From positions 1-64,000 of the forward strand of contig CAXXNO010000012.1 in the NCBI GenBank assembly GCA_963663235.2: 64,000 bases of DNA, given 5' to 3'. Below are positions 20,701 to 29,400 of this stretch, piece by piece. The translations under genes were made by a program, and so were the position numbers. The DNA comes from Dehalococcoidia bacterium. GTDB taxonomy: Bacteria; Chloroflexota; Dehalococcoidia; Bin125. The notes beneath the pieces are model-generated. The model searched no databases and was not told the DNA's origin. It saw nothing but the letters and a program-made list of their open reading frames with translations. The stretch's first letter is position 1; each line of letters begins with the position of its first letter.

Positions 20701-21269
20701 GTCAGCCCGTATGCACTGCGGACAAGGTTCGCGCGCAGCGCAAAGTACCCTTCGCTGCGACGCGATCCTTGATTGGGCGCGGCGTAGATCGGCGGGCGCA
20801 GCGCCTCCACCCCATCCAACAGCGCCAGCGCGCCCAGCGCCGCCGGCGGCACTCGATATTGTGCCCGTCCCAGATCCGGCCGGTATCGCTCCTCCACCAC
20901 CCCGAGTCGCGCCAGCTCCCGGTGATCCGGTCCCGCGGCGCTGATGACCGCGTCCACCTCCACGGCGCCCGTGGGGTCCAGGCGCAGCGTCCCCGCCGCC
21001 AGCGCCTCGCCCACCCGCGTCGTCCTGAGCGCTTGGACGGCCACCGGAACGCCGGCGCTGTGCAGCCGCTCCGCCTCCACGTAGAGCTCCGCCACTGACC
21101 CCACCAGGCGGTCCTGAAGCGACGACGGCAGACCGGCGACGGCAGGCTTGCTCGTTGGGGCGGATGACGAGGCGGCGTCGACCGGGACGACGGCCGCGAG
21201 CAGCGCGATCGAGACAAGCAGCAGCGGCGCCACGATCCGGCGCCTGCGTGAGCGGGCGGCTGTCGTCAT
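17763..21269 (-). CDS. Secreted S8/S53-like peptidase with parallel beta-helix, IPT/TIG domain and C-terminal module
   Basis: Paralogue of the adjacent gene; EGTAMIEVIHD, GTSAAASH; DTGAGSLRAAI then GN.I..N repeats; PRITGVSPVSG...GG..VTIRGSGF (TIG). Confidence 0.88.
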   Translation of the reverse strand: MTTAARSRRRRIVAPLLLVSIALLAAVVPVDAASSSAPTSKPAVAGLPSSLQDRLVGSVAELYVEAERLHSAGVPVAVQALRTTRVGEALAAGTLRLDPTGAVEVDAVISAAGPDHRELARLGVVEERYRPDLGRAQYRVPPAALGALALLDGVEALRPPIYAAPNQGSRRSEGYFALRANLVRSAYGLTGAGVRIGVISNGIRGLAASQASGDAPVLFAKESFSLGGLNAGAEGTAMIEVIHDLAPGAQISFANALTDLDMIEAVNYLAERNDIVVDDLSFLNPGDQRSAVSVNSAKALNNPDWPVRALVTSVGNYATRHYEGVFEPGEEGLGLGLPAAGTTHQFRASEETTDALNRGPLSWNEFFLRSGQQAIIALFWNDPWSDTKNDYDLYLLDLARPAGNRVVASSRGSQEGERGQVPREIIDFTNNGPEGFFAVVVQNWESRAPTKAIEIYVTSNSLLPGYATVLNFNTRAGSVLAQSDAGGGVISVGAIDQADPGLDTIERFSSRGPTNNGAAKPDIVAVDRVTVTGNGGFTPRFEGTSAAASHAAAIAALVLEGQPRLLAGDGGDPAHERARLRASLLGSAIDLGEPGPDSVYGHGRMDALTAVEAALFTAVVDSSADTGAGSLRAAIVAVNAAAGGGSIRFADGLPPIRLRTALPPITASAVSIEGRGVVIDGDGVAEDGVAEDGVVRGDDVLVHGLTLRNFGGAGLHIDGAANSILGALRLEGNGVGLRVSTGSGGARIAGGTLEGIVVVENRGDGVVISGPGTREVWLRDSYVGVERDGRAAGNGGVGVRIRGGAFRVVVGAGPRDLAVAVLQGPALPGGNVIAHNGGNGVRIEGGTSISNTLRGNLIHSNGALEIDLVGPGDSPSGLTRNDPGDADSGPNTLINTPLITLVEFVSTSDPGGARVGGTAPSGSTVDLYAVIDPAAASPTSSDPARSGGAARYLGSAVSVGGRFSFAVAPLAGATVLTALVTNAAGNTSEFGPNFDIGPAPRITGVSPVSGVRSGGVPVTIRGSGFGPQPGTQVFFGDSAAGVLSESTSELVVLAPPGAVGLVTVRVVKRDGRAASLEGAFAYRAGTLVTLEPGWNLHVWAGGPQAVSAAIASVADRVDRVFAYESEAQRWLGYIAGAPAFVNSLETLENGQLLWLFVTGDGAVVWEVP

Positions 21270-21388
21270 CGAAGAGCGCCTCCGCCGGCTTCGACCGGCG
21301 CCGCCCCGCCGTCGCCGCAGGTCCCGCCGATCATATCAGCGACGGCCGCCCATGCCCCTCGCGCGGCCGGTTGGTAGACTCGGCGGTG

Positions 21389-22762
21389 ATGACAGCCTCT
21401 CCGTTCTCTCCCTCTCCCGCGGACGACGTGGCGGATCGCCTGGGCACCCGCACCGGGCCGCGACGCGCCGGCCTCTTCCTTTGGTGGCTGCCGCTCCTCG
21501 CCGCCGCGGTCGCCGGAGCGGTCGTCTACGCCTGGACGGCGTCCCACGACGATGTCTACCGCGCCCGCGTGGCCCTGCTCGTGCCCGCGGAGAGCTCGTT
21601 ACCACCGGAGAGCTACGCGGGCCTTGCCGTGAGTGGACCGGTCCTGCGGGAGGTCATCCAGTCCCTCCGCCTCGACCTGAGCGTCGACGAACTCGCGGAC
21701 GACGTGCGCGTCAGCAACTCCGGCCTCCTCCTGGAGGTCGAAGTCGACGCCCCCACCCCCGGCGATGCCGAAGACCGCGCCCGGACGCTGGCCAACGTGC
21801 TGATCCGCGATGCCTCCAGCCTGCTCCAGGGCGCTCCGCCGCCAACCGTCCTCAGCCCGGCCACCGCCCAGGAGGGCCAGATCGGCCCCCACACGGCGCG
21901 CAACACAGCCCTGGCCGTGGCCGCGGGGCTGGCGGTCGGTCTCGTGATCACGGGGCTCTTCGCGCTCCGGCAGCGGCCCCTGCAAAGCGCCGGCGACGTC
22001 GAGTGGCTCGCCGATCTCCCCACGATCGGGGAGATCCCCCGCGACGACACCAACGCCCCGCTCGCCCTCCGGGAGCGCCCGCACTCGCAACAGGCGACCG
22101 CCCACTACGCCCTCGCTGCCGCCGTGGAGCGCGCCCGTGCCCTCAGCCCGTTTCGGTCGCTACTCGTCGTCGGCGCCGATCGTGGCGCCGCGGCCGCCGA
22201 CGTCGCGGCGAACCTCGCCCTCGCTTCCGCGCACGCCGGCCGTCGCGTTCTGCTGCTCGACGCCGACCTCCGTCGGCCCCAGGTCCACCGCCTGCTGCGC
22301 CTCAACAACGACTCCGGCCTCTCCGATGCGCTCCTCGGCGGCGGCTGGCCCCACCCCCAGGCTCTCCCGGGGACAACGCTCGCGGTCCTGACCAGCGGCT
22401 CTCTGCCGGCCGACCCGGCGATGCTGCTCGGCACGCATCGGCTCGCCACACTCCTCTCGACGCTCCGCGACACCCCCGACCTCGTCATCGTCACGGCGCC
22501 CCCCTCACCTGCGTTCGACGATGCTGCCCTGCTGGCCCCCCACTGCGATGCGGCGCTGCTCGTGGTGGACGCCTTCGAGACGCGGCCGGAGCCGGCGCGC
22601 ACCGCCGCCGCGGCCCTGCGCGCCGCGGGCACGACGATCCTCGGCGAGGTGATCACCAATGCGCCCGGCCCGGCCGAGGAGTGGCGCTACCCGGCCGATC
22701 CGGCTGGCCCTCCCGCCGCCCCCGCTCCGTACGCGAATCGCCCCCCAGACCGTCCGCGGTAA
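21389..22762 (+). CDS. Wzz/Wzc-like chain-length regulator fused to a degenerate BY-kinase domain
   Basis: Two TM helices, AANLA...GRRVLLLDADLRRP, GLSDAL, PADPAMLL; Walker A degenerate. Confidence 0.8.
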   Translation: MTASPFSPSPADDVADRLGTRTGPRRAGLFLWWLPLLAAAVAGAVVYAWTASHDDVYRARVALLVPAESSLPPESYAGLAVSGPVLREVIQSLRLDLSVDELADDVRVSNSGLLLEVEVDAPTPGDAEDRARTLANVLIRDASSLLQGAPPPTVLSPATAQEGQIGPHTARNTALAVAAGLAVGLVITGLFALRQRPLQSAGDVEWLADLPTIGEIPRDDTNAPLALRERPHSQQATAHYALAAAVERARALSPFRSLLVVGADRGAAAADVAANLALASAHAGRRVLLLDADLRRPQVHRLLRLNNDSGLSDALLGGGWPHPQALPGTTLAVLTSGSLPADPAMLLGTHRLATLLSTLRDTPDLVIVTAPPSPAFDDAALLAPHCDAALLVVDAFETRPEPARTAAAALRAAGTTILGEVITNAPGPAEEWRYPADPAGPPAAPAPYANRPPDRPR

Positions 22763-22763
22763 G

Positions 22764-22791
22764 TATGCGAATGTGAACGATTCGTATATAA
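22764..22791 (+). promoter_or_regulatory. Putative TA promoter/operator
   Basis: Inverted repeat TATGCGAAT-N7-ATTCGTATA overlapping TATAAT, about 20 bp upstream of brnT. Confidence 0.55.
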
Positions 22792-22811
22792 TCGCAACAC
22801 GGCGACGCTGA

Positions 22812-23093
22812 ATGCCCCGAATCGAGGCGCTTGAAGTTGACGACCACATCCTCGACAAAATCGAAGCTCAGCACGGCGTCGCCTTCCAAGAAGTGGAAGA
22901 GGCGTGCTATTCGCGGCGCCGTCAAGTCCGTCGCGAGCGCGAAGGGTTGTACAAGCTCTTTGGCCGGTCAGACGCCGGGCGCTACCTGCTGGTCGTTCTG
23001 GCCGACTTGGGTGACGGCATCTGGAAGGTGGTCACCGCTCGCCAGATGACGGCCCAAGGGCGCCGCCTCTATCGACGGGAAAGTGGGAGTTGA
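22812..23093 (+). CDS. BrnT-family toxin
   Basis: KIEAQHGVAFQEVEE...GRSDAGRYLLVV...VVTARQMT. Confidence 0.85.
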   Translation: MPRIEALEVDDHILDKIEAQHGVAFQEVEEACYSRRRQVRREREGLYKLFGRSDAGRYLLVVLADLGDGIWKVVTARQMTAQGRRLYRRESGS

Positions 23094-23094
23094 G

Positions 23095-23334
23095 ATGGCC
23101 AAGATTGAACGGGAAGTTCGGAAGATCGAAGAGGACGACGCTTGGGACGGCTCGGATGAGGTCGTCGAGGTTGAAGTGAAGCGCCCGCTGGATAAGGTCG
23201 TTCCTGTCCGCCTCTCCTCCGACAAATGGGCGGCGCTTAGGCGCGAAGCCCGCGAGATCGGCGTGGGCCCGTCCACGCTGGCACGCATGTGGATCTTGGA
23301 AAAGCTCCGCCAGCCGTCCACGCGGGCGAAATAG
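23095..23334 (+). CDS. CopG/BrnA-like RHH antitoxin
   Basis: VPVRLS....ALRREA..IGVGPSTLARMWILEKL, directly after brnT. Confidence 0.8.
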   Translation: MAKIEREVRKIEEDDAWDGSDEVVEVEVKRPLDKVVPVRLSSDKWAALRREAREIGVGPSTLARMWILEKLRQPSTRAK

Positions 23335-23352
23335 ACTCGGGGGCCGTTACCC

Positions 23353-24369
23353 GTGCGCATCGAGACCAAGCTCCCCACCGACCTCCACGCCGCCGCCGAC
23401 AACGCCCGCCGCGCGGAGGCGCTCGGCTTCGACGGACTCACCACCCAGGAGACCGCGCACGACCCCTTCTTCCCACTCCTCCTCGCCGCCGAGCACACCT
23501 CCACCCTCGATCTCGCCACCAGCGTGGCCATCGCCTTCCCCCGCAGCCCCATGATCACGGCCAACATCGCCTGGGACTTGCAGGGCTTTAGCGCTGGCCG
23601 CTTCCGGCTCGGCATCGGGCCGCAGGTCAAGGGCCACAACGAGCGACGCTTCAGCGTTCCTTGGTCACCCCCCGCCCCTCGCCTGCGCGAGTACGTCCTC
23701 GCCCTCCGCGCCATCTGGAAGTCCTGGGAGACCGGCGGCCCCCTCGACTTCCAGGGCGAGCACTACACCTTCACTTTGATGACGCCCTTCTTCCGCCCGG
23801 AGCCCATCCAGCACCCGCACATCCCCGTCTACATCTCCGCCGTGGGCCCGGTCATGTGCCGCGTCGCCGGCGAGACCTGCGACGGCCTCCGCATCCACCC
23901 CCTCTGCTCGACCAAGTACCTCAACGACGTCATCCTCCCCAACGTCGAGCTCGGCGCGAAGGCCGCCGGCCGCACCTTGGCCGAGATCGACCTCATCGCC
24001 GGCGGCTTCATCGTCCCCGGCGACACCGACGAGGAGATCCGCCACGGCAAGCGCCTCGTCGCCAACCGCATCGGCTTCTACGGCTCCACCCGCACCTACC
24101 AGCGCGTCCTCGACGTCCACGGCTGGGGCGGCCTCACCAAGGACCTCCACGAGCTCTCGGTCCAGGACCGCTGGGACGACATGCCCGATCTCATCACCGA
24201 CGAGATGCTGGAGGCCTTTGCCGTTATCGGCTCGACCGAGGACTGCGCCCGCGGCGTGCTCCAGCGCTTCGGCTCGGCCTGCTCCACCGTCTCGCTGGAC
24301 CCCTCTGACCCTTGGGCCGACGACGCCCGCGCCCGCCGCATGATCGATCTCCTCCACGCGGGCGCCTGA
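23353..24369 (+). CDS. TIGR03617-type F420-dependent LLM oxidoreductase, paralogue 1
   Basis: ETAHDPF, AIAFPRSPM, GRFRLGIGPQVKGHNERRFS. Confidence 0.92.
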   Translation: MRIETKLPTDLHAAADNARRAEALGFDGLTTQETAHDPFFPLLLAAEHTSTLDLATSVAIAFPRSPMITANIAWDLQGFSAGRFRLGIGPQVKGHNERRFSVPWSPPAPRLREYVLALRAIWKSWETGGPLDFQGEHYTFTLMTPFFRPEPIQHPHIPVYISAVGPVMCRVAGETCDGLRIHPLCSTKYLNDVILPNVELGAKAAGRTLAEIDLIAGGFIVPGDTDEEIRHGKRLVANRIGFYGSTRTYQRVLDVHGWGGLTKDLHELSVQDRWDDMPDLITDEMLEAFAVIGSTEDCARGVLQRFGSACSTVSLDPSDPWADDARARRMIDLLHAGA

Positions 24370-24379
24370 GCGATGCGAG

Positions 24380-24470
24380 CCCATGCGCGTCGAGACCCCA
24401 AGCGGCCCACCAGGCGCAGCCGCCGCTACAGCGACGGCCGACGCCGCAGAGGCTGTGGGGCGTCGATATT
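24380..24470 (+). pseudogene. Decayed 5' fragment of a third TIGR03617-type paralogue
   Basis: cccatgcgcgtcgagaccc is identical to 27748-27766 and is followed by degenerate AAA..A..AEA.G. Confidence 0.55.
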
Positions 24471-24541
24471 CAATCCGCCCGGCTTGAGATTGCTGATCGC
24501 GGCCGCACCGGCGCTGCCGGAGGCCGGCGCGGGCCGCGTCC

Positions 24542-27275
24542 TTAGCCGCCGTTTCCGTCCAGCAGCGCCCGCACTGCGACCAGTAGCGCGTCCGTATCGA
24601 ACGGTTTCTGCAGAAACGCCCAGTCGGTGCTCGACGTGAGGCCATCCAGGATCTCAAAAGTGTATCCGCTGATGAACAGCACTTTCGGCGATCGCGGCAG
24701 GTCACTGATGGCGTCGAACGTCTCTCGACCGGAGAGGCCGGGCATGGAGCAGTCCAGGATCACGAGGTCCGCGAGCCCGCCTTGGCTCTCCAGCCTTCGC
24801 ACCGCCTCGCGGCCACTGGCGACGGCGGTGACCTGGTAGCCCGCCCGCTCGAGCAGCGCGGCGCTGTCGCGGCGTAACGTCGCCATGTCATCCACAACCA
24901 TGATGCTGCGTGGCTGCGCCGGAGCGATGCTCACCGGCGGGCTCTCACTCTGCCTCGCTGAGGCCGGGGGAGGAGCCCCAGCAGGCAAGGAGACGGAAAC
25001 AATCGTCCCTCGTCCGAGTGCGCTGTCGATCGTCACGCTGCCGGCATGCTCCCGGATGATGCCATAGACCATCGTTCCACCCAGCCCGCTGCCTCGCTCT
25101 CCTTTCGTGGTAAAGAAGGGGTCGAAGACGCGCCGGCAGGTTTCCGCGTCCATGCCGGTGCCGTTGTCTTCGACGGTGAGGAGCACGTAACCGCGCCGTC
25201 GCGTCGGAAGGCCGGGCGGGGTGTCGGCGCTCATGCTGGCGCGGATTTTGAGCACTCCACCCTGCGGCATCGCGTCGCAGGCGTTGAGGGCCAGATTGAG
25301 GATGACCTGTTGGAGTTGGGCGGCGGTGCCGTCGACGAGCAAGTCGTCGGACACGCGTGACTCGAACCGGATGTTCGGATGCACGGTCCGAGCGAAGAGA
25401 GTGAGAACTTCGGACACGATCGGCGCCAGGCGGGTCGCCTCGTGCGGGCCGCTGCCGACCCGGCCGATACGGAGCAGCTGACGCGCAAGGTCGGAGGCGC
25501 TGCTCGCCGCCGCTTGGACGCGGTCGATCCGTGCCAGGGTGGCCGGGTCGGCGGCGGCGGCGGCCTCGTCGAGACTGATGCGGACGACCGTGAGGATATT
25601 GTTGAAGTCATGCGCGACGCCGGCCGCGAGCGTACCCACGGCTTCCATCCGCTGGGCGTGCTGTAGCTGTGCTTCCAGGGCGCGCTGTTCTGCGACGTCC
25701 GCCGCCACCATCTCGGAGAGCCGCACATTCTCAATGGCCATCGCTGCGTGCAGCGCGAAGATCTTGAGAATCTCCTCTTCCGCATCGTTGAAGGGACGCC
25801 GCTCTTCGTGATCCGCAACATACAGCGCACCGATCGTAGATCCCTCATAGATCAACGGCACACCGATCAGGCACTGCACCGCTGGATGGCCCGGTGGAAA
25901 GCCGTACGCACCGGCATGCTCCGAGAGAGCGTCGAGGCGCAACGATGTCGCTCCCGGCGCTAACAGTTGGCCGACGACGCCGAGGGTGCTGGAAGGAAGC
26001 CCCTGAATCTCGGCGCCCGCCGCCAGCTCTCCGGCCGGCACGAAGTGGGAGAGCTCTCCTGCATCATTGATAATGGCGAGGGCAGCGAACTGTGCGCCAA
26101 CCAGCTTCGCAGAGAGTGCGGCCACACTCTCTGTCACGGTGACCATTTTGCTCTCACCGGAAATCGCCAGCGTCGTGTCGCCAAGCATCATCCATCGCGC
26201 GCCTTCACGGCGCTGGCGTGCAGATTCGCTGCTCTCAAGTTTGGCCAGCATCATGTTGATTTCCTGGCCCAGTTGCCCGATCTCATCGCCGCGGGTGATA
26301 GGAATCCGCTGGGAGGCGTTCCCGCTCGCGCCAACGGCGCCGACTTGACCGCGCAACCGGAGGATCGGCCGGAGCACCGTCCAATTCACAACGCCGAGGA
26401 CTAACGCGATGATGAACAGCCCGATGACGAGCACAGTGATGGCCACGTACTTGAACGTGGTGCCGCCAAGCTGACGAATATCGCGCGGGAGATCGATTCG
26501 CAGAGCGCCGAATGCCTCGCCATGCAGGTCGGTGACAAGACCGAAGCCACTGATGAGATCGTCCCCCACGGTTTGGATCGCGATAGGATCGGTCGGGCCG
26601 AGCTTCCCGTCCGCCCGCAGGACGGCCGCGGAACTGTCATCGGCGTCGAAACGCGTGAGCGAGACCTGCTGCCCCACCGCCTGGGAGATTCGGCCTAACA
26701 CGCGATCATCCAGCAGCCATCCCGATACGAACGCCCCACGCACTGGTCCTTGACCGGCCGCTGTGAGGATCGGCCGCGACGCTACCAGGAGCGGACCACG
26801 GTCCAATGGCAGTAATCCGGATATCCTGCTGCGCTCGTCCGCATGATGCACAAGTCCCGGTTCGCCCAGGATTTGGGCGGACCCCATATCGGAAGGCGAG
26901 ACTTCAGCGTCGTTATTGAGATCAAACCCCTTCGCGAATATGACATCACCGTCGGTGTTCAGAATCATCACAATGTTGACGGTGAACAGCGAAAGGTTTT
27001 CATCGCTAAAAGTCGCCCCCAGACGATCGGGGTCGCGAGTTCGTGCGTATTCGTACATGAAATCCTCGGACGACAGGGATCGGACGCCGAGGTCGAGAGT
27101 AGTCAGCTCGTTCTCGAGGCGCCGAGAGCGCTTGCTGCATGCTGAATTCGACATTGGTGCGCTCGAAGTCATCGAAGGCGTCGTCGACGAGCACCCGCTG
27201 CGCCCCAAACAGCACGGCAATCATCACCGCGAGCGTAGCCGCGACGATTAGTAGGCTCTTCCTGCGAATGGACAC
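24542..27275 (-). pseudogene. Hybrid sensor kinase (CHASE4-HAMP-GAF-HisKA-HATPase-REC), frameshifted near 27120
   Basis: N-terminal TM in 27006..27275 continues as LENEL.. in the 24542 frame; AGVAHDFNN, NLALNACDA, DNGTG, FFTTK, GSGLG, receiver DLVILD. Confidence 0.85.
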
Positions 27276-27750
27276 CTGTCGTCAGACCCCCGTCGCGCCG
27301 ATGTTAGCCGCCGGCCCGAATCCTATCGAACGGCCAGCGCATGCTGTGAGGAGATCGAGCGGAATCGTGATCATATTGTGATCCCCGGCGCCGGGGGGGT
27401 TCTCGCCCCCGATCCTGATCCAGGGGCAATGCGACTTCCGGGCCTTCCCGATCGCGCTGGCGGCCTCCCTCGTCGTCAACCGTCGGCCACAGCGCCCCCG
27501 CTTGTCCTTCAAACCTTCGATCGCTTTCCGGTTCACTTGAACACGGCCTTCCCTACCCAGTTGTACGGGCTGACCGCCTTTTTCTCCGACGTCTTCCACA
27601 GCATCTTCCGCTTCATCCGTAGCGATCTCCTATCGATTACGATCATGCTCGGCAAGAAGGCTGAGCAACCATAGCGGCCGAGACACACGGCCGACGGCGC
27701 TATGGTGGCGACCCGATGCCGACAGCCGGACAGAGGAGCGAGCCAAACCC

Positions 27751-28767
27751 ATGCGCGTCGAGACCCGCCTCCGCTCAAACCTCCACGCCGCCGCCGCCGA
27801 CGCCCGCGACGCCGAGGCCCTCGGCTACGACGGCCTGGTCAGCACGGAGATCAAGCACGACCCCTTCTTCCCGCTCGTCCTCGCCGCCGAGCACACCTCC
27901 ACCATCACGCTGACCACGGGCGTGGCCATCGCCTTCCCGCGCAGCCCCATGATCACCGCCACCATCGCCTGGGACCTCCAGCGACACAGCAACGGCCGCT
28001 TCCGCCTCGGCATCGGCCCCCAGGTCAAGGGCCACAACGAGCGACGCTTCAGCGTCCCCTGGTCGCCCCCCGCCCCGCGCCTGCGCGAGTACGTCCTCGC
28101 CCTTCGCGCCATCTGGGACTGCTGGGCCGGCGGCGGCCCGCTCGACTTCGAAGGCGATCACTACCGCTTCAACCTCATGCCGCCCGTCTTCCGCCCCGAG
28201 CCCATCGACCACCCGCGCATCCCCGTCTACATCTCCGCCGTCGGCCCCGTCATGTGCCGCGTCGCCGGCGAGTTCTGCGACGGCCTCCGCACGCACTCGC
28301 TCTGCTCCGCCAAGTACCTCAGCGACGTCATCCTCCCCAACGTGGAGGAAGGCGCTCGCGCCGCCGACCGCTCCCTTGACGACATCAACATCACCGCCGG
28401 CGGCTTCACAATCCTCGGCGACAGCGACGACGAGATCCGCCGCGGCAAACAAGACGTGGCCCGCCGCTTCGCCTTCTACGCCTCCACCTGCACCTACCAG
28501 GCCGTCCTCGATGTCCACGGCTGGGGCGGCCTCACCAAGCAACTGCACGACCTCTCGGTGCAGGACCGCTGGGACGACATGCCCGCGCTCATCACAGACG
28601 ACATGCTGGAGACCTTCGCCCTCATCGGCTCCGCCGACGACATCGCCCCGCAACTCCTCGACCGCTACGCCACAACCTGCTCCACCGTCGTCCTGGAGCT
28701 CCCCCACACCACCTCCGCCGACAACGCCCGCGCCCGCCGCCTCATCGACCAACTCCACGCCGCCTGA
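27751..28767 (+). CDS. TIGR03617-type F420-dependent LLM oxidoreductase, paralogue 2
   Basis: Same length (338 aa) and motifs as 23353..24369. Confidence 0.92.
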   Translation: MRVETRLRSNLHAAAADARDAEALGYDGLVSTEIKHDPFFPLVLAAEHTSTITLTTGVAIAFPRSPMITATIAWDLQRHSNGRFRLGIGPQVKGHNERRFSVPWSPPAPRLREYVLALRAIWDCWAGGGPLDFEGDHYRFNLMPPVFRPEPIDHPRIPVYISAVGPVMCRVAGEFCDGLRTHSLCSAKYLSDVILPNVEEGARAADRSLDDINITAGGFTILGDSDDEIRRGKQDVARRFAFYASTCTYQAVLDVHGWGGLTKQLHDLSVQDRWDDMPALITDDMLETFALIGSADDIAPQLLDRYATTCSTVVLELPHTTSADNARARRLIDQLHAA

Positions 28768-28847
28768 GTCGCGCCCCCTACTCCTCCCCCACCAACTCCC
28801 GCCCGAACGCCCAAGGTGCCCGCATCCACGCTCCCACATCGCCGCGG

Positions 28848-28947
28848 CCTCGCAGCGCACGCCCTACTCCCCAACGAGTTCGCGGCCAATTAAAAGCCGC
28901 CGGATCTCGCTCGTCCCCGCCCCGATCTCCAACAGCTTCGCGTCCCG
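28848..28947. repeat. 100-bp direct repeat of the ivd-like gene 3' end (partner at 29385-29484)
   Basis: Two mismatches between the copies. Confidence 0.9.
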
Positions 28948-28972
28948 CAGCCGGCGCGACGCGTTCCAGCCA

Positions 28973-29216
28973 CTACACGGCGCTCAGAACCCGCAGCGAT
29001 TGGATCGCGGCGCAGATTTTGCCCCGCTGCTCCTCGGACAGCCCCGCAAGCTCCACACCGCGGGACGCGAACAGCACCTCAAACGCCACGAACTCATCCG
29101 CCTCATCGAAATGCATGATCCGCCGATCATCAAGCTGCTTCCCTCGTGTACGCCCCAGCCGGTCGCAGAACTGAATGAAAAGGACATCGGCTTCTGGGTC
29201 GTAGCGCACCATCATC
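28973..29216 (-). CDS. DUF2283 antitoxin-like protein
   Basis: GGAGG RBS; MMVRYDPEADVLFIQF...DDRRIMHFDEADEFVAFEVLFAS. Confidence 0.82.
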
Positions 29217-29229
29217 GCCGCCTCACCTC

Positions 29230-29390
29230 CTATCGATAGACCTCGAACACTGTAATCACCAATGCTGGCGCCGAGCCCGCCACCACCATCACGCGCAGCG
29301 GTCGCCCTGCCACGACTCCATCGTATTCGTCCGCTGTCTCGCCGTGTCGCACCGCCGCCGGGAATGTCAGGACTCGCTCCACGTCCTCGC
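29230..29390 (-). pseudogene. 5'-truncated DUF4258 (RelE-like) toxin
   Basis: Manual translation EDVERVLTFP...GRPLRVMVV....LVITVFEVYR*, immediately upstream of DUF2283. Confidence 0.6.
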
Positions 29391-29400
29391 AGCGCGCGCC

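Noticed and set aside
23353-28767. LLM paralogues as an assembly duplication
   Set aside because: They differ at many amino acids throughout, so they are genuine paralogues.
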